Positions 1 through 8,246 are shown, numbered from the stretch's first letter. The stretch is 32,000 bases of DNA from Haloquadratum walsbyi C23 (GCF_000237865.1 NC_017459.1:930001-962000), one strand, 5' to 3'. Numbers and translations: made by a program. Notes: generated by a model from the letters alone, not told the origin.

Positions 1-180
1 AGTAATTCACACTGAGTGAGATTCGCTGTTTCGAGGTGAGAAATTCAACTGGTGAATTGTTTATATCACATGCACAATGTACATACGGCGGTTCAGTACC
101 GCCGAATGGTAAGTATAATTCCCGCTGTACGCCCTCACAGTTTACCAGAGCGAACGGCTTTCACGCTCCCGTGGAAGCAA

Positions 181-626
181 TTATTCTTTCCCCTTTTCAG
201 TGACGCACAGTATGACTCCTGATGTTTGATACTCTCCCGGCGCCAAAGCGCGAGGATTCCTCCGGTAGAAGTTCAACGACCGACATACGATGGCAACTTG
301 CGGATTTTGTCCGCACTTCTTTGAGACTTTGTTGAGGGTGTGGTTTCCTCGACCAATCGTGGTCGTCTCACTCGAATCGCACGGACTGTGCCATCGACCT
401 GATTCCGTATCGCTGTTTTCCCGATGAACGTCTTTGACGCTGTGAGGTCGGCGTGCCTCTTGAATCTGCATGGACACATCAGCGTCTCTCCGTGGTGAAT
501 TATCTCTTCGTGGTCGCCAGACTCGGGACACGTCTGACTCGTCCGCGCTTCTGGATCGGATTTGAGGCTGATACCGTATTCTTCACAAGCGCACGCGAGA
601 TAATCAGATATGGAGATATGAGACAA
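181..626 (-). pseudogene. 5'-truncated, frame-broken remnant of an IS200/IS605-family TnpB (only the C-terminal zinc-finger/RuvC-III part survives)
   Basis: Minus-strand ORF pieces in two frames (273..626 and 181..531) read [36 protein letters not shown]...[11 protein letters not shown]. This follows the TnpB C-terminal pattern (TSQxCPxCG ... CxxCG..HAD), but one Cys is lost (CPESG) and there is a frame break. The N-terminal two thirds cannot exist because intact ppk starts at 656 on the other strand. Confidence 0.6.
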
Positions 627-641
627 ACGGTCGTTAGTGAC

Positions 642-649
642 TTATATTA
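642..649 (+). promoter_or_regulatory. Candidate TATA box for ppk
   Basis: TTATATTA lies 7 nt upstream of ATG 656 and about 37 nt upstream of the in-frame ATG at 683. Archaeal TATA spacing (about -27 from the TSS) would fit a short leader on the 683 start better than the 656 start. Confidence 0.35.
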
Positions 650-655
650 GGATGG

Positions 656-2911
656 ATGCCTTTCGATTACGAACCCTATCTCATGAGTTCTCCTGATATC
701 ACAGACGAGAAGTATTATCTCAACCGAGAGCTATCAGAACTCGCATTCCAACAGCGTGTGCTCTCCGAAGGGCTTGATGCGCGCAATCCGCTGCTTGAAC
801 GTGCGCGTTTCCTTGCCTACTTTACAAAAAACATGGACGAATTTTTCATGAAACGAGTTGGTGGGTTGAAACAACAAATCGAGGCAGGAGTCACAGAGAC
901 AACGCCAGATGGTCGAACTCCAAACGAACAATGGACAGAAATCCTCGATACAGCGCGACCACTCTTTCGTGAGCAGACTGCTTGCTGGGAAAACGAACTC
1001 AAACCACAGCTTGCAGACGAAGGTATCCATATTCACGCCCACGACGAACTCACTGAATCACAACAAACACAACTTCGTAATCATTTTCAGACATCTGTCT
1101 TGCCAACGCTAACTCCACTTGCATTTGACCCCGCACACCCATTTCCATTTATTTCAAATCTTTCCCTGTCACTTGCTGTTCTCTCTCGTGAAACAGATAA
1201 AAATGATGAGGAACTTACATTCACTCGGATTAAAATCCCACAGAATCAACCACGATTCGTTGAAATTCCGGAGATGAGTCATGGCTATATCCTTATTGAG
1301 GATGTGATTGAGGCAAATCTCGATCTTCTCTTACCGAATGTTGACATCATTGATGTTTCGAAATTCAAAGTTACTCGTAATGCAGAGGTTCGACGCGATG
1401 AGGAAGTCGCTGAGGATCTGATTAACATGATTGAGGAAGTGCTTGAGCAACGACGATTTGCAACGGTTGTTCGAGTCGAAGTTGCGGCTGACATGCCAAA
1501 GCAATCAATATCTGTGCTGAAGGAACAACTCAATGTGACCGATGCAGAGGTATTCTATCGTAAAGGTCCAATTGATTTCCGCTCGCTATTTGAGCTTACT
1601 AAAATTAATCGTTCAGATCTCAAGACCCCGTCATGGACACCACAGCCTCATCCTCGAATCATGCGTGGTCCAGGTGTTGATCCTCGTGATGAGCCCGCAG
1701 ATGTCTTTACTGAGATTCAAGAAGATGATATTCTTGTTCATCACCCATACCATTCATTTGAGGGCACTGTTCATCATTTTTTACAGGCTGCTGCACATGA
1801 CCCGGATGTACTCGCGGTGAAGGCTGCTATCTATCGAACAGCAAGCGACTCAAAGGTTATTCAAAGTCTGATCGATGCTGCTGATAATGGCAAGCAAGTC
1901 GCAGTCATGGTCGAACTTAAAGCTCGATTTGATGAACAAAATAATCTTGAGTGGGTACGCCGACTTGAAGAGGAGGGTATTCATGTTGCTTATGGAACTG
2001 TTGGATTGAAGACCCATACAAAAACGGCACTGGTCGTTCGACAAGAAGACAAGAGTGTACAGCTGTATTCACACGTCGGAACCGGTAATTATCACTCTGA
2101 GACCGCAAAAGGATACGTTGATCTTGGTGTTTTGACCTCCGATCCTGGTATTGGACAGGATCTTACGAAGGTATTCAACTCTTTTACTGGTCCAACGCTC
2201 AGTAACCAATTCCGGAAGCTATTGATTGCTCCCGTGACGATGCGTGAACGCTTTACCCAGTTTATTCGTCGCGAAGCGGAACATGCACGTGCTGGGCGTC
2301 CTGCTCGTATCGTGGCGAAGATCAATGGGCTTGAAGATCCTGATATCGTTGCTGAGTTGTATCAGGCGTCAATGGCTGGTGTCGATATCGATCTTATTGT
2401 CAGAGATATCTGTCGTCTCCGTCCAGGTATCGAGGGTGTGAGTGACAACATTACCGTTCACTCTATTGTTGGTCGATTTCTCGAACACTCACGCATATTC
2501 TACTTTGAAAACGGTGGCGAGCCAGCATGGTATACTGGGTCTGCAGACTGGATGACACGTAATCTTGATAATCGTGTTGAAGCGATTACACCAGTCGATG
2601 CCACACACATCCGCCGACAGCTTCGATATATCCTTGCAGTAACACTTACCGATAACCGACGGCGATGGGTAATGAACAGTGACGGTACATATGATCAAGT
2701 TACTCCTGACTCGGATGGAGCAGTTCGCGACGCACAGACCATTTTAATGAATGCAACGACAGATGCCGTTGAATCAGGTAGTGAATTGGGGATATCTACC
2801 GAGGAAGGAGTTCTTGATCGCGCACTGTTAATCGAGACACAAGATGATACAGCCTCTTCAGAGCAAACATCAAATGAACAACAGAGTGTTGCAAAACATG
2901 ACTCAAAATAG
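656..2911 (+). CDS. ppk: Polyphosphate kinase 1 (PPK1)
   Basis: 751-aa ORF with a PPK1-type N-terminus (YYLNRELSELAFQQRVL, MDEFFMKRV). It has the conserved histidine region GLKTHTKTALVVR and a second PLD-like motif RFLEHSRIFYF. The C-terminal tail is acidic. The start may instead be the in-frame ATG at 683. Confidence 0.95.
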   Translation: MPFDYEPYLMSSPDITDEKYYLNRELSELAFQQRVLSEGLDARNPLLERARFLAYFTKNMDEFFMKRVGGLKQQIEAGVTETTPDGRTPNEQWTEILDTARPLFREQTACWENELKPQLADEGIHIHAHDELTESQQTQLRNHFQTSVLPTLTPLAFDPAHPFPFISNLSLSLAVLSRETDKNDEELTFTRIKIPQNQPRFVEIPEMSHGYILIEDVIEANLDLLLPNVDIIDVSKFKVTRNAEVRRDEEVAEDLINMIEEVLEQRRFATVVRVEVAADMPKQSISVLKEQLNVTDAEVFYRKGPIDFRSLFELTKINRSDLKTPSWTPQPHPRIMRGPGVDPRDEPADVFTEIQEDDILVHHPYHSFEGTVHHFLQAAAHDPDVLAVKAAIYRTASDSKVIQSLIDAADNGKQVAVMVELKARFDEQNNLEWVRRLEEEGIHVAYGTVGLKTHTKTALVVRQEDKSVQLYSHVGTGNYHSETAKGYVDLGVLTSDPGIGQDLTKVFNSFTGPTLSNQFRKLLIAPVTMRERFTQFIRREAEHARAGRPARIVAKINGLEDPDIVAELYQASMAGVDIDLIVRDICRLRPGIEGVSDNITVHSIVGRFLEHSRIFYFENGGEPAWYTGSADWMTRNLDNRVEAITPVDATHIRRQLRYILAVTLTDNRRRWVMNSDGTYDQVTPDSDGAVRDAQTILMNATTDAVESGSELGISTEEGVLDRALLIETQDDTASSEQTSNEQQSVAKHDSK

Positions 2912-3362
2912 ATTGAGTGAACAGCTTCGAACCCCTATATAATTGCTGAAGATCTAAGCCGGTTTGGTATCAGTAGACAGCAGAGGGCAGTGAAGTACCT
3001 CGGGAACAAGCCCCTGAGTCTTCACTTCTGTCAAGTGTGCAACTGCTCGACGCATCCACAACGAGTACGAAGACGAAGTTAAAACCGACCTGGGGCGACT
3101 CCTTCTGGAACAACTCGTACTGTCTCATCTCGACAGGACAAGTCTCACTGGATGTGTTGAAAGAGTGCGTCGAAGACCAACGAGCATGAACTACAACTAC
3201 AGGTATCGCCTCAAACCGACCGAAAGCCAGCGTGAAACGCTGGATTACCACCGCGATACCTGTCGCCAACTCTACAACCACGCCCTGTATCGCTTCACCC
3301 AGACCCCCGAAGACCAGGGCACCGTCAAACAGCGTGTCCGCACGATTCGTAACGAGCTTCTT

Positions 3363-3374
3363 GACCTCAAAAAC
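3363..3374. repeat. Left copy of the 12-bp target-site duplication flanking the nested MITE
   Basis: GACCTCAAAAAC lies directly next to the left terminal inverted repeat and is identical to 3633..3644. Confidence 0.8.
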
Positions 3375-3632
3375 TGTCTCTTACCCACAAGTTCGTGAAG
3401 TCGTAACCGGACATTTCAGACGCTCTCAGAGATATTTTGAACGCAGAAAATCGAGGCGAGAAGCGATTCAGACAGTGATATCGGCTGTGGGGGTGACAGA
3501 ACGCCGGTAATCAACTCCACTACAATTGTTCCAAAGAGATGCTGAAACTGTAGATACCGAGGATTTCAGTCGTGCTTGCCGATCCCGATCCCGTTCCGCT
3601 AAAATCCTGACCCGAGTTGTGGGTAAGAGACA
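3375..3632. mobile_element. Non-coding MITE (258 bp) inserted inside tnpB
   Basis: There is a perfect 16-bp terminal inverted repeat: TGTCTCTTACCCACAA at 3375..3390 and its reverse complement at 3617..3632. Identical 12-bp direct repeats flank it. The element has no long ORF. The distance between the two duplication copies is 270 nt, so MITE plus one duplication copy is an in-frame insertion. The tnpB protein sequence resumes directly after the right duplication copy. Confidence 0.75.
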
Positions 3633-3644
3633 GACCTCAAAAAC
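3633..3644. repeat. Right copy of the 12-bp target-site duplication
   Basis: GACCTCAAAAAC lies directly after the right terminal inverted repeat. Confidence 0.8.
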
Positions 3645-4559
3645 TGATGGGACGCACTCACCGACATCTACTCGAAGACGCTTCAACCCACCGTCATGCG
3701 GATTGCGAAAAATATCAAAGCACTCGGGAAACTCAAACAACAGGGCTACAGGGTTGGTGAACTCCGGTGGAAATCACCACGCGAGTTTCGCAGTTTCATT
3801 TACAACCAGTCTGGCTTCGAACTCGACAAGAAGGGTGGTCAGACCGTGTTATCGTTGTCGCTGTCGAAACTCGATGATATTCGTATCGAACTTCACCGAC
3901 CCCTACCTGATGATGCCACAGTCAAGCAAGTCACGCTCAAAAAAGCGAAAACCGGCGAGTGGGTCGCTATTTTCGGCATCGAGATGGACACAGAACCACC
4001 AGCCAAGCCACCGCTGGAGGATATTGACACTGGCGAGATGGTCAGGATTGATATTGGGATTCTGAAGTATGCCCGCGATACAGACGGCACAGCAGTCGAA
4101 TCACTCGACTTCTCGGAAGAACGCGACAGAGTTGAACGAGAGCAACGGAACCTCTCGCGCAAAGAGTACGGGTCGAACAACTGGGAGAAGCAACGTCGGC
4201 GTGTTGCTGAGTGGCATCTCGACATCAAACGCAAGCGGCGTGATTTCCTGCACAAACTCTCAAACTACTATGCTCGGGAGTACGACTTGGTGACCGTCGA
4301 AGACCTCGACGTGAAAGGAATGCTGGAATCGCCGCGTAACAGCCGCAACATGGCTTCGGCAGCATGGAATACCTTCACCGATATGCTCGAAACGAAGTGT
4401 GAGCGTGATGGCACGCACTTCGTGGAAGTTGCACCCGAAGGCACCACAAAAGAATGCGCTCAGTGTGGGTCGAAACCGACAAACAGCTGTGGGTATGTGA
4501 ACATTCTTGTCTTGCCTGTGGCTTCGAAGCGGATAGAGACGCAAACGTAGCGTGGAACA

Positions 4560-4841
4560 TTCTTTCTCGCGGACTTACCGACATAGGAGTGGGTCACTCC
4601 GAAGGTACGTCCTCAGAATCGCGGACCGATTCTGATGTGCGAACGAGAGCGAAGCTCTCGTCGACGCCTGTGGAGACTGTGCTCCCTGTGGGAACCACGG
4701 TGGTTCCTGCAAAGCGCGTTCACCAGACTCCGTCTGGTGGGCTGTCAGACGCAGTCTGACAACGTCGTGGAAACAGGAAGCCCCACCCTCAGCGAGCGCG
4801 TCAGCGCGAGCAGGGTGGGGTAGTTCACTCTGCCCCTGAGT
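4560..4841 (+). ncRNA. Putative omega-RNA (reRNA) scaffold region of the TnpB element, overlapping the tnpB 3' end
   Basis: In IS200/IS605 TnpB elements the guide RNA scaffold is encoded across the tnpB 3' end and the right end. This stretch is densely structured, with perfect stems at 4614..4634, 4643..4661, 4691..4707, 4721..4739, 4743..4761 and 4781..4820. Its extent and expression are not verifiable from sequence. Confidence 0.4.
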
Positions 4842-4950
4842 AATTTCAGAAGCTGAATTCATCTGAACACTTCATGCCTAGTTCATAATTGATTATCAAA
4901 TGAAATGATGGGGGGGAAACAAAAAGTACCATGGAATAGAAGAACAATTT

Positions 4951-5295
4951 ATGCACTGTCCGCGCTGTGGAACAGAGCTCACAACCATCTCTATCGACGG
5001 TGGGTCAACAGCAGTGTACTGTGACCAGTGTGGGTTTGCAAACATTGAGACGTCGCCAGCATCAGTTGAACCAGAATCAGAAACGTGGGATGATGCATTT
5101 AAGCGGTTCCACGATGCTACTGCTGATACCAGTACTGATACCGACGCTGAGGATGTACAGAAAAAACAGAATGCATCCATGCGTCCGGATGACAACTCCA
5201 GCATGGATACAAACTCTCATGCTGGGTCTGACTCGGACTCAGATCAACCCTCCAAAGATGCAAATGCAAATGACGACGACGGAGACGGGGGATAA
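4951..5295 (+). CDS. Small zinc-ribbon protein with an acidic, low-complexity C-terminus
   Basis: 114-aa ORF starting MHCPRCGTEL...VYCDQCGF (CxxC-17-CxxC), followed by a D/E/S-rich tail typical of halophile proteins. The function is not recognisable. Confidence 0.55.
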   Translation: MHCPRCGTELTTISIDGGSTAVYCDQCGFANIETSPASVEPESETWDDAFKRFHDATADTSTDTDAEDVQKKQNASMRPDDNSSMDTNSHAGSDSDSDQPSKDANANDDDGDGG

Positions 5296-5667
5296 TCGCA
5301 ATCACACCGATCATGGCTCTAGTAATTAACTGCGAAGTTGGATATACAGGTATGAATTCAGTTATCAAATAACCACCCGATTGCGTCGTAACTTTAAGAT
5401 TCGGTATGCAGTATTAATATTAATTAATTTTTGTGATGTAAACTGCCATCTCAAGATACATTCTCGATAGAGTATATTAGAGAATGAGATTGAATCTCTG
5501 GGAATTGAATATAAAAAACAGCCATCCCTGAGGTGCAAAGATAGACCTGTTTTGCTTGATAATACGGCGATTTATTCGTTCGTGACACCTTTTTCACAGA
5601 TGAACTGCGAACTGATTAATTACAATCCGTTGGCATTGAACTCAGACCGGCATCACTGCGTTTTTAT

Positions 5668-6690
5668 TCACTCAGAGGAAGGCGACGGCTGACTGACGGT
5701 CGAACCATCAGACTCTTCTTCGGATCTCGCAGCAACAAGTGCTCCCCGAGCAACGCTATATAGCGGATCATCAGGACTTTGAACATCGCTGATAGAGAAC
5801 GGAATCGAAACGTCACGAAGATGTTTGTCGAATAGATCCTCAAAGCCATCTGGATTCGAAGTCCCTCCTGTCACGACGACAGGCACATCAAGATTCTCCT
5901 CAATATCTTCCTCGTCAACCTCTTCAGCAATCTTGTTAATGACGTAATCGAGCATATTCTCATAGTAAATTGAGAGCGCTCCCTCAACACCACCAACATC
6001 AGTTGTGAAATCAAGCGTAAAGTCGTCTTCTTTTATTGATGTTATTTTATCAACTGGCGTGCCGGTTGCTTGTGCAGCTTGTTGGTCAACCCAGTCCCCA
6101 CCGCGAGCAACAGAGAATTTCATCACAGGCACAGCATAGTATGACAAGCAGATATTCGTCATACCAGCACCAAACGAAACGCCAAGTCCTGTAAAGTTGT
6201 TCCCCGCAAGTTCGCTGTAAATGACAGCCATTCCCTCATTAATCGGCTCTGGATCATATCCCATATCAGATATCATCGATTCGAGCGTTTTCTGATGATA
6301 TAGTGTCGACACATCTGAGTCGATTGGATCCGCTGGTGAGGAGAAAAATAGCTTCTCATCTGGGATCGACGGGTCACCAGTCACCTGTTCAGTGATCAGT
6401 TTGATCATCGGAATTGCCGATGACTCATCACTTGAGAGGATTCCAACCTCCATCGGTCTGCGTGTTTCTTTATTAAATATGTTCGCGAAATTAAGAGCGT
6501 CGTCGCCGACGACGTACACCTTATCATCCTTCCGGATATGGAGTACTTGACTTCGCGATAGCATCTGTTCTGCCATGTCGCTGTATTCGATCTCAACGAA
6601 CGAGTTGCGCTGCTGAACAAACTTCGTTCCGTCATCCTCTTGCTCAGCAGACAGAATGTTCATTGTACCGACATCTAGGCCTTTGGCCAT
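5668..6690 (-). CDS. Actin-fold (ASKHA) cytoskeletal protein, haloarchaeal salactin/volactin-like
   Basis: 340-aa ORF with actin/MreB/ParM nucleotide-binding motifs in the canonical order: phosphate-1 GLDVGTMN (residues 4-11), phosphate-2 [12 protein letters not shown], and adenosine motif [13 protein letters not shown]. The C-terminal tail is acidic. Confidence 0.85.
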   Translation of the reverse strand: MAKGLDVGTMNILSAEQEDDGTKFVQQRNSFVEIEYSDMAEQMLSRSQVLHIRKDDKVYVVGDDALNFANIFNKETRRPMEVGILSSDESSAIPMIKLITEQVTGDPSIPDEKLFFSSPADPIDSDVSTLYHQKTLESMISDMGYDPEPINEGMAVIYSELAGNNFTGLGVSFGAGMTNICLSYYAVPVMKFSVARGGDWVDQQAAQATGTPVDKITSIKEDDFTLDFTTDVGGVEGALSIYYENMLDYVINKIAEEVDEEDIEENLDVPVVVTGGTSNPDGFEDLFDKHLRDVSIPFSISDVQSPDDPLYSVARGALVAARSEEESDGSTVSQPSPSSE

Positions 6691-6709
6691 ATCATTAACT
6701 CAGAAGGAA

Positions 6710-6720
6710 TAGATAAAAAT
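6710..6720 (-). promoter_or_regulatory. Candidate TATA box for the actin-like gene (leaderless geometry)
   Basis: The minus strand reads ATTTTTATCT, centred about 25 nt upstream of the ATG at 6690. This implies a promoter separate from that of the upstream membrane-protein gene. Confidence 0.4.
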
Positions 6721-6859
6721 CTTCACCGTTTCTCCTCATCTTAACTGGTGCTGATATACGTTCATCGAGACAGTATCCTCAATACATATCGATGAGATAA
6801 TCGATAGGATAATAAAACAACTGTAAATGATGATATGTAATTATATCGGCACGCTACTT

Positions 6860-7840
6860 TCAGCGAATGAGTGACTGAATAAATCGGCGAATTCGCTCGA
6901 TCGGACCTTGATTCGCCGGTTTGAGTGGCGATGGCTTGATTGGTCCGTCATAATCTGCGTCTGATGACGGTTCATCCTCATTCTCACCGACTGCATCTGC
7001 TGACTCATCAAGATTTGCCCGAAGGTCTGCGAGTGCCGTTGCCTGCTCAGACGTGCCTGATCCGCTTTCGGTTTTACGTTTGTCTCCCCGAAGACCCTGT
7101 AATCCCTCGACGGCGTCGTCAACGCTCCCTCCACGGGACTCCTTCACTCCTGCTTTTGTCACGTTACGTGCATCATATTCATCTTCGTTAGCCGTGAACT
7201 GGAGCGTTTGACCATCATCACGCTCAACACCACCCCAGTTGAGTTCGGCAGCCGCCATTGCACTCTCGATCTGTCGTTCGACGCGTTCATCAGAAATCTC
7301 ATCCTCCTCATCCTCAGATTCACTCGTTGTTTCGGGGTTGTCCGTCGCTGATTCCTGTGTGGCTGTTGCATTTACCACCATCTCAATTCGATATCCAGAG
7401 AGGGCTGTCCCGGCAGCTGTTAGCACGATAATAGCACCAATCGCGTAGACACTCACAATAAGACTACTACTTTGATTCCACGCCGCTGCTCGTGGATATA
7501 CAGCAGCAAACTGCGCAGTTGCGAGTAGACATGCAATAACGCCGCCAGTTCCAATCAGATCGACACGTCGCGAAACTGGCAATAACACTGCCGTTGAAAG
7601 TAGTATAATCGGTATTCCACTTGCGCCAGCTGTTACAGCAACCTCTCGGAACACGTATTTAATTGGTCCGAAACTCGAGTATGTCGTGCTCCACAGGAAC
7701 GCGACGATCGACACGAGGACCAATCCGACACCAATGAAAAACAGGCTGAATCCGAGATATACCTCACGCCGATCTTCAATCGGTCCGATAAACTGTCGGT
7801 ATATCTCTCGGAAAATTGCGCCTGGATCCTCTTGCTGCAT
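6860..7840 (-). CDS. Polytopic membrane protein with a long acidic disordered C-terminal tail
   Basis: The N-terminal half carries about 4 hydrophobic helices (e.g. LGFSLFFIGVGLVLVSIVAFLW, VAVTAGASGIPIILLSTAVLL, LIGTGGVIACLLATAQFAAV, LIVSVYAIGAIIVLTAAGTAL). The C-terminal 170 aa or so is D/E-rich (SESEDEEDEISDERVE...). The longest ORF starts at 7882, but the ATG at 7840 (MQQEDPG...) sits 28 nt below a TATA-like ATATTTA. Confidence 0.7.
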   Translation of the reverse strand: MQQEDPGAIFREIYRQFIGPIEDRREVYLGFSLFFIGVGLVLVSIVAFLWSTTYSSFGPIKYVFREVAVTAGASGIPIILLSTAVLLPVSRRVDLIGTGGVIACLLATAQFAAVYPRAAAWNQSSSLIVSVYAIGAIIVLTAAGTALSGYRIEMVVNATATQESATDNPETTSESEDEEDEISDERVERQIESAMAAAELNWGGVERDDGQTLQFTANEDEYDARNVTKAGVKESRGGSVDDAVEGLQGLRGDKRKTESGSGTSEQATALADLRANLDESADAVGENEDEPSSDADYDGPIKPSPLKPANQGPIERIRRFIQSLIR

Positions 7841-7864
7841 ATCTACATCGACCGCGAGAAAAGC

Positions 7865-7871
7865 TAAATAT
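7865..7871 (-). promoter_or_regulatory. Candidate TATA box giving a leaderless transcript from ATG 7840
   Basis: The minus strand reads ATATTTA, centred at 7868, which is 28 nt upstream of ATG 7840. Confidence 0.35.
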
Positions 7872-8169
7872 CTTCGCCTCATTGCACCTCACCCCTGCGC
7901 GTATTGAGCCAAATTGTCTGACAAATGTCTGACGGTCCTCACTGTGTAACCGGTATTAATGCGCTCGCGCGCAACCGTATGAAGATGAAACAAAAAGATG
8001 ACATTGATTTATTTCCTCTCGGTTCTTTCAATCGCTCCACGAGAATACACATCTGAAAGTAAGGAAGGACCCACTGTCCGCAGTCAGATTAATCACCAGG
8101 CATACTCAGCCGTGAGCGCGGGACTTCCTGTTTCTATGACGTGCTTTGCGTGTATTCCCACCCTGCTGT

Positions 8170-8190
8170 GCTTTGCGCTTTGCGCTTTGC
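8170..8190. repeat. Perfect tandem repeat (GCTTTGC)x3
   Basis: Read directly from the sequence. A further GCTTTGCG copy lies at 8143..8150. The repeat is intergenic, just downstream of the DUF58 gene. Confidence 0.9.
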
Positions 8191-8246
8191 TACGGTACTT
8201 CTTGAGGATGGGGCATAAGCGCCTGCAAGCTGGTAAAAACCATTAC

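Larger units (their letters stand above)
3186..4823 (+). pseudogene. tnpB: RNA-guided endonuclease TnpB, disrupted
   Basis: The N-terminus is MNYNYRYRLKPTESQRETLDYHRDTCRQLYNHALYRF. Downstream pieces read ...WDALTDIYSKTLQPTVMRIAKNIKALGKLKQQGYRVGELRWKSPREFRSFIYNQSGFELDKKGG. RuvC-like residues are kept (RIDIGI, VTVEDLDVKGM, EADRDANVAWNI), as is the zinc finger (CAQCG...CLACG). Lesions: a MITE at 3375..3632; an in-frame TGA at 3645..3647 where family members have Trp; a -1 frameshift in the GGG run near 4467..4469; and a 43-nt insert at 4721..4763 that shifts the frame. Confidence 0.85.
3010..4841 (+). mobile_element. Degenerate IS1341-type (TnpB-only) IS200/IS605-family element; boundaries approximate (left end somewhere in 2980-3020)
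   Basis: It contains a recognisable but disrupted tnpB and no tnpA. A 9-bp GC-rich terminal stem (CCCCACCCT 4781..4789 / AGGGTGGGG 4812..4820) overlaps the end of the reading frame. The 10-mer GCCCCTGAGT occurs at both presumed ends (3010..3019 and 4832..4841). The region is visibly more GC-rich than its flanks. Confidence 0.7.

Noticed and set aside
656-6690. A functional link between ppk (polyphosphate) and the nearby actin homologue, prompted by the reported phosphate-limitation phenotype of salactin.
   Set aside because: The genes are separated by an IS element and a zinc-ribbon gene, and they are convergently oriented with separate promoters. The proximity is probably coincidental, and nothing in the sequence supports coupling.
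8143-8190. The short GCTTTGC tandem repeat as a possible CRISPR or regulatory array.
   Set aside because: There are only three 7-bp units with no spacers, far below CRISPR repeat size. No functional inference is possible, so it is recorded only as a simple repeat.
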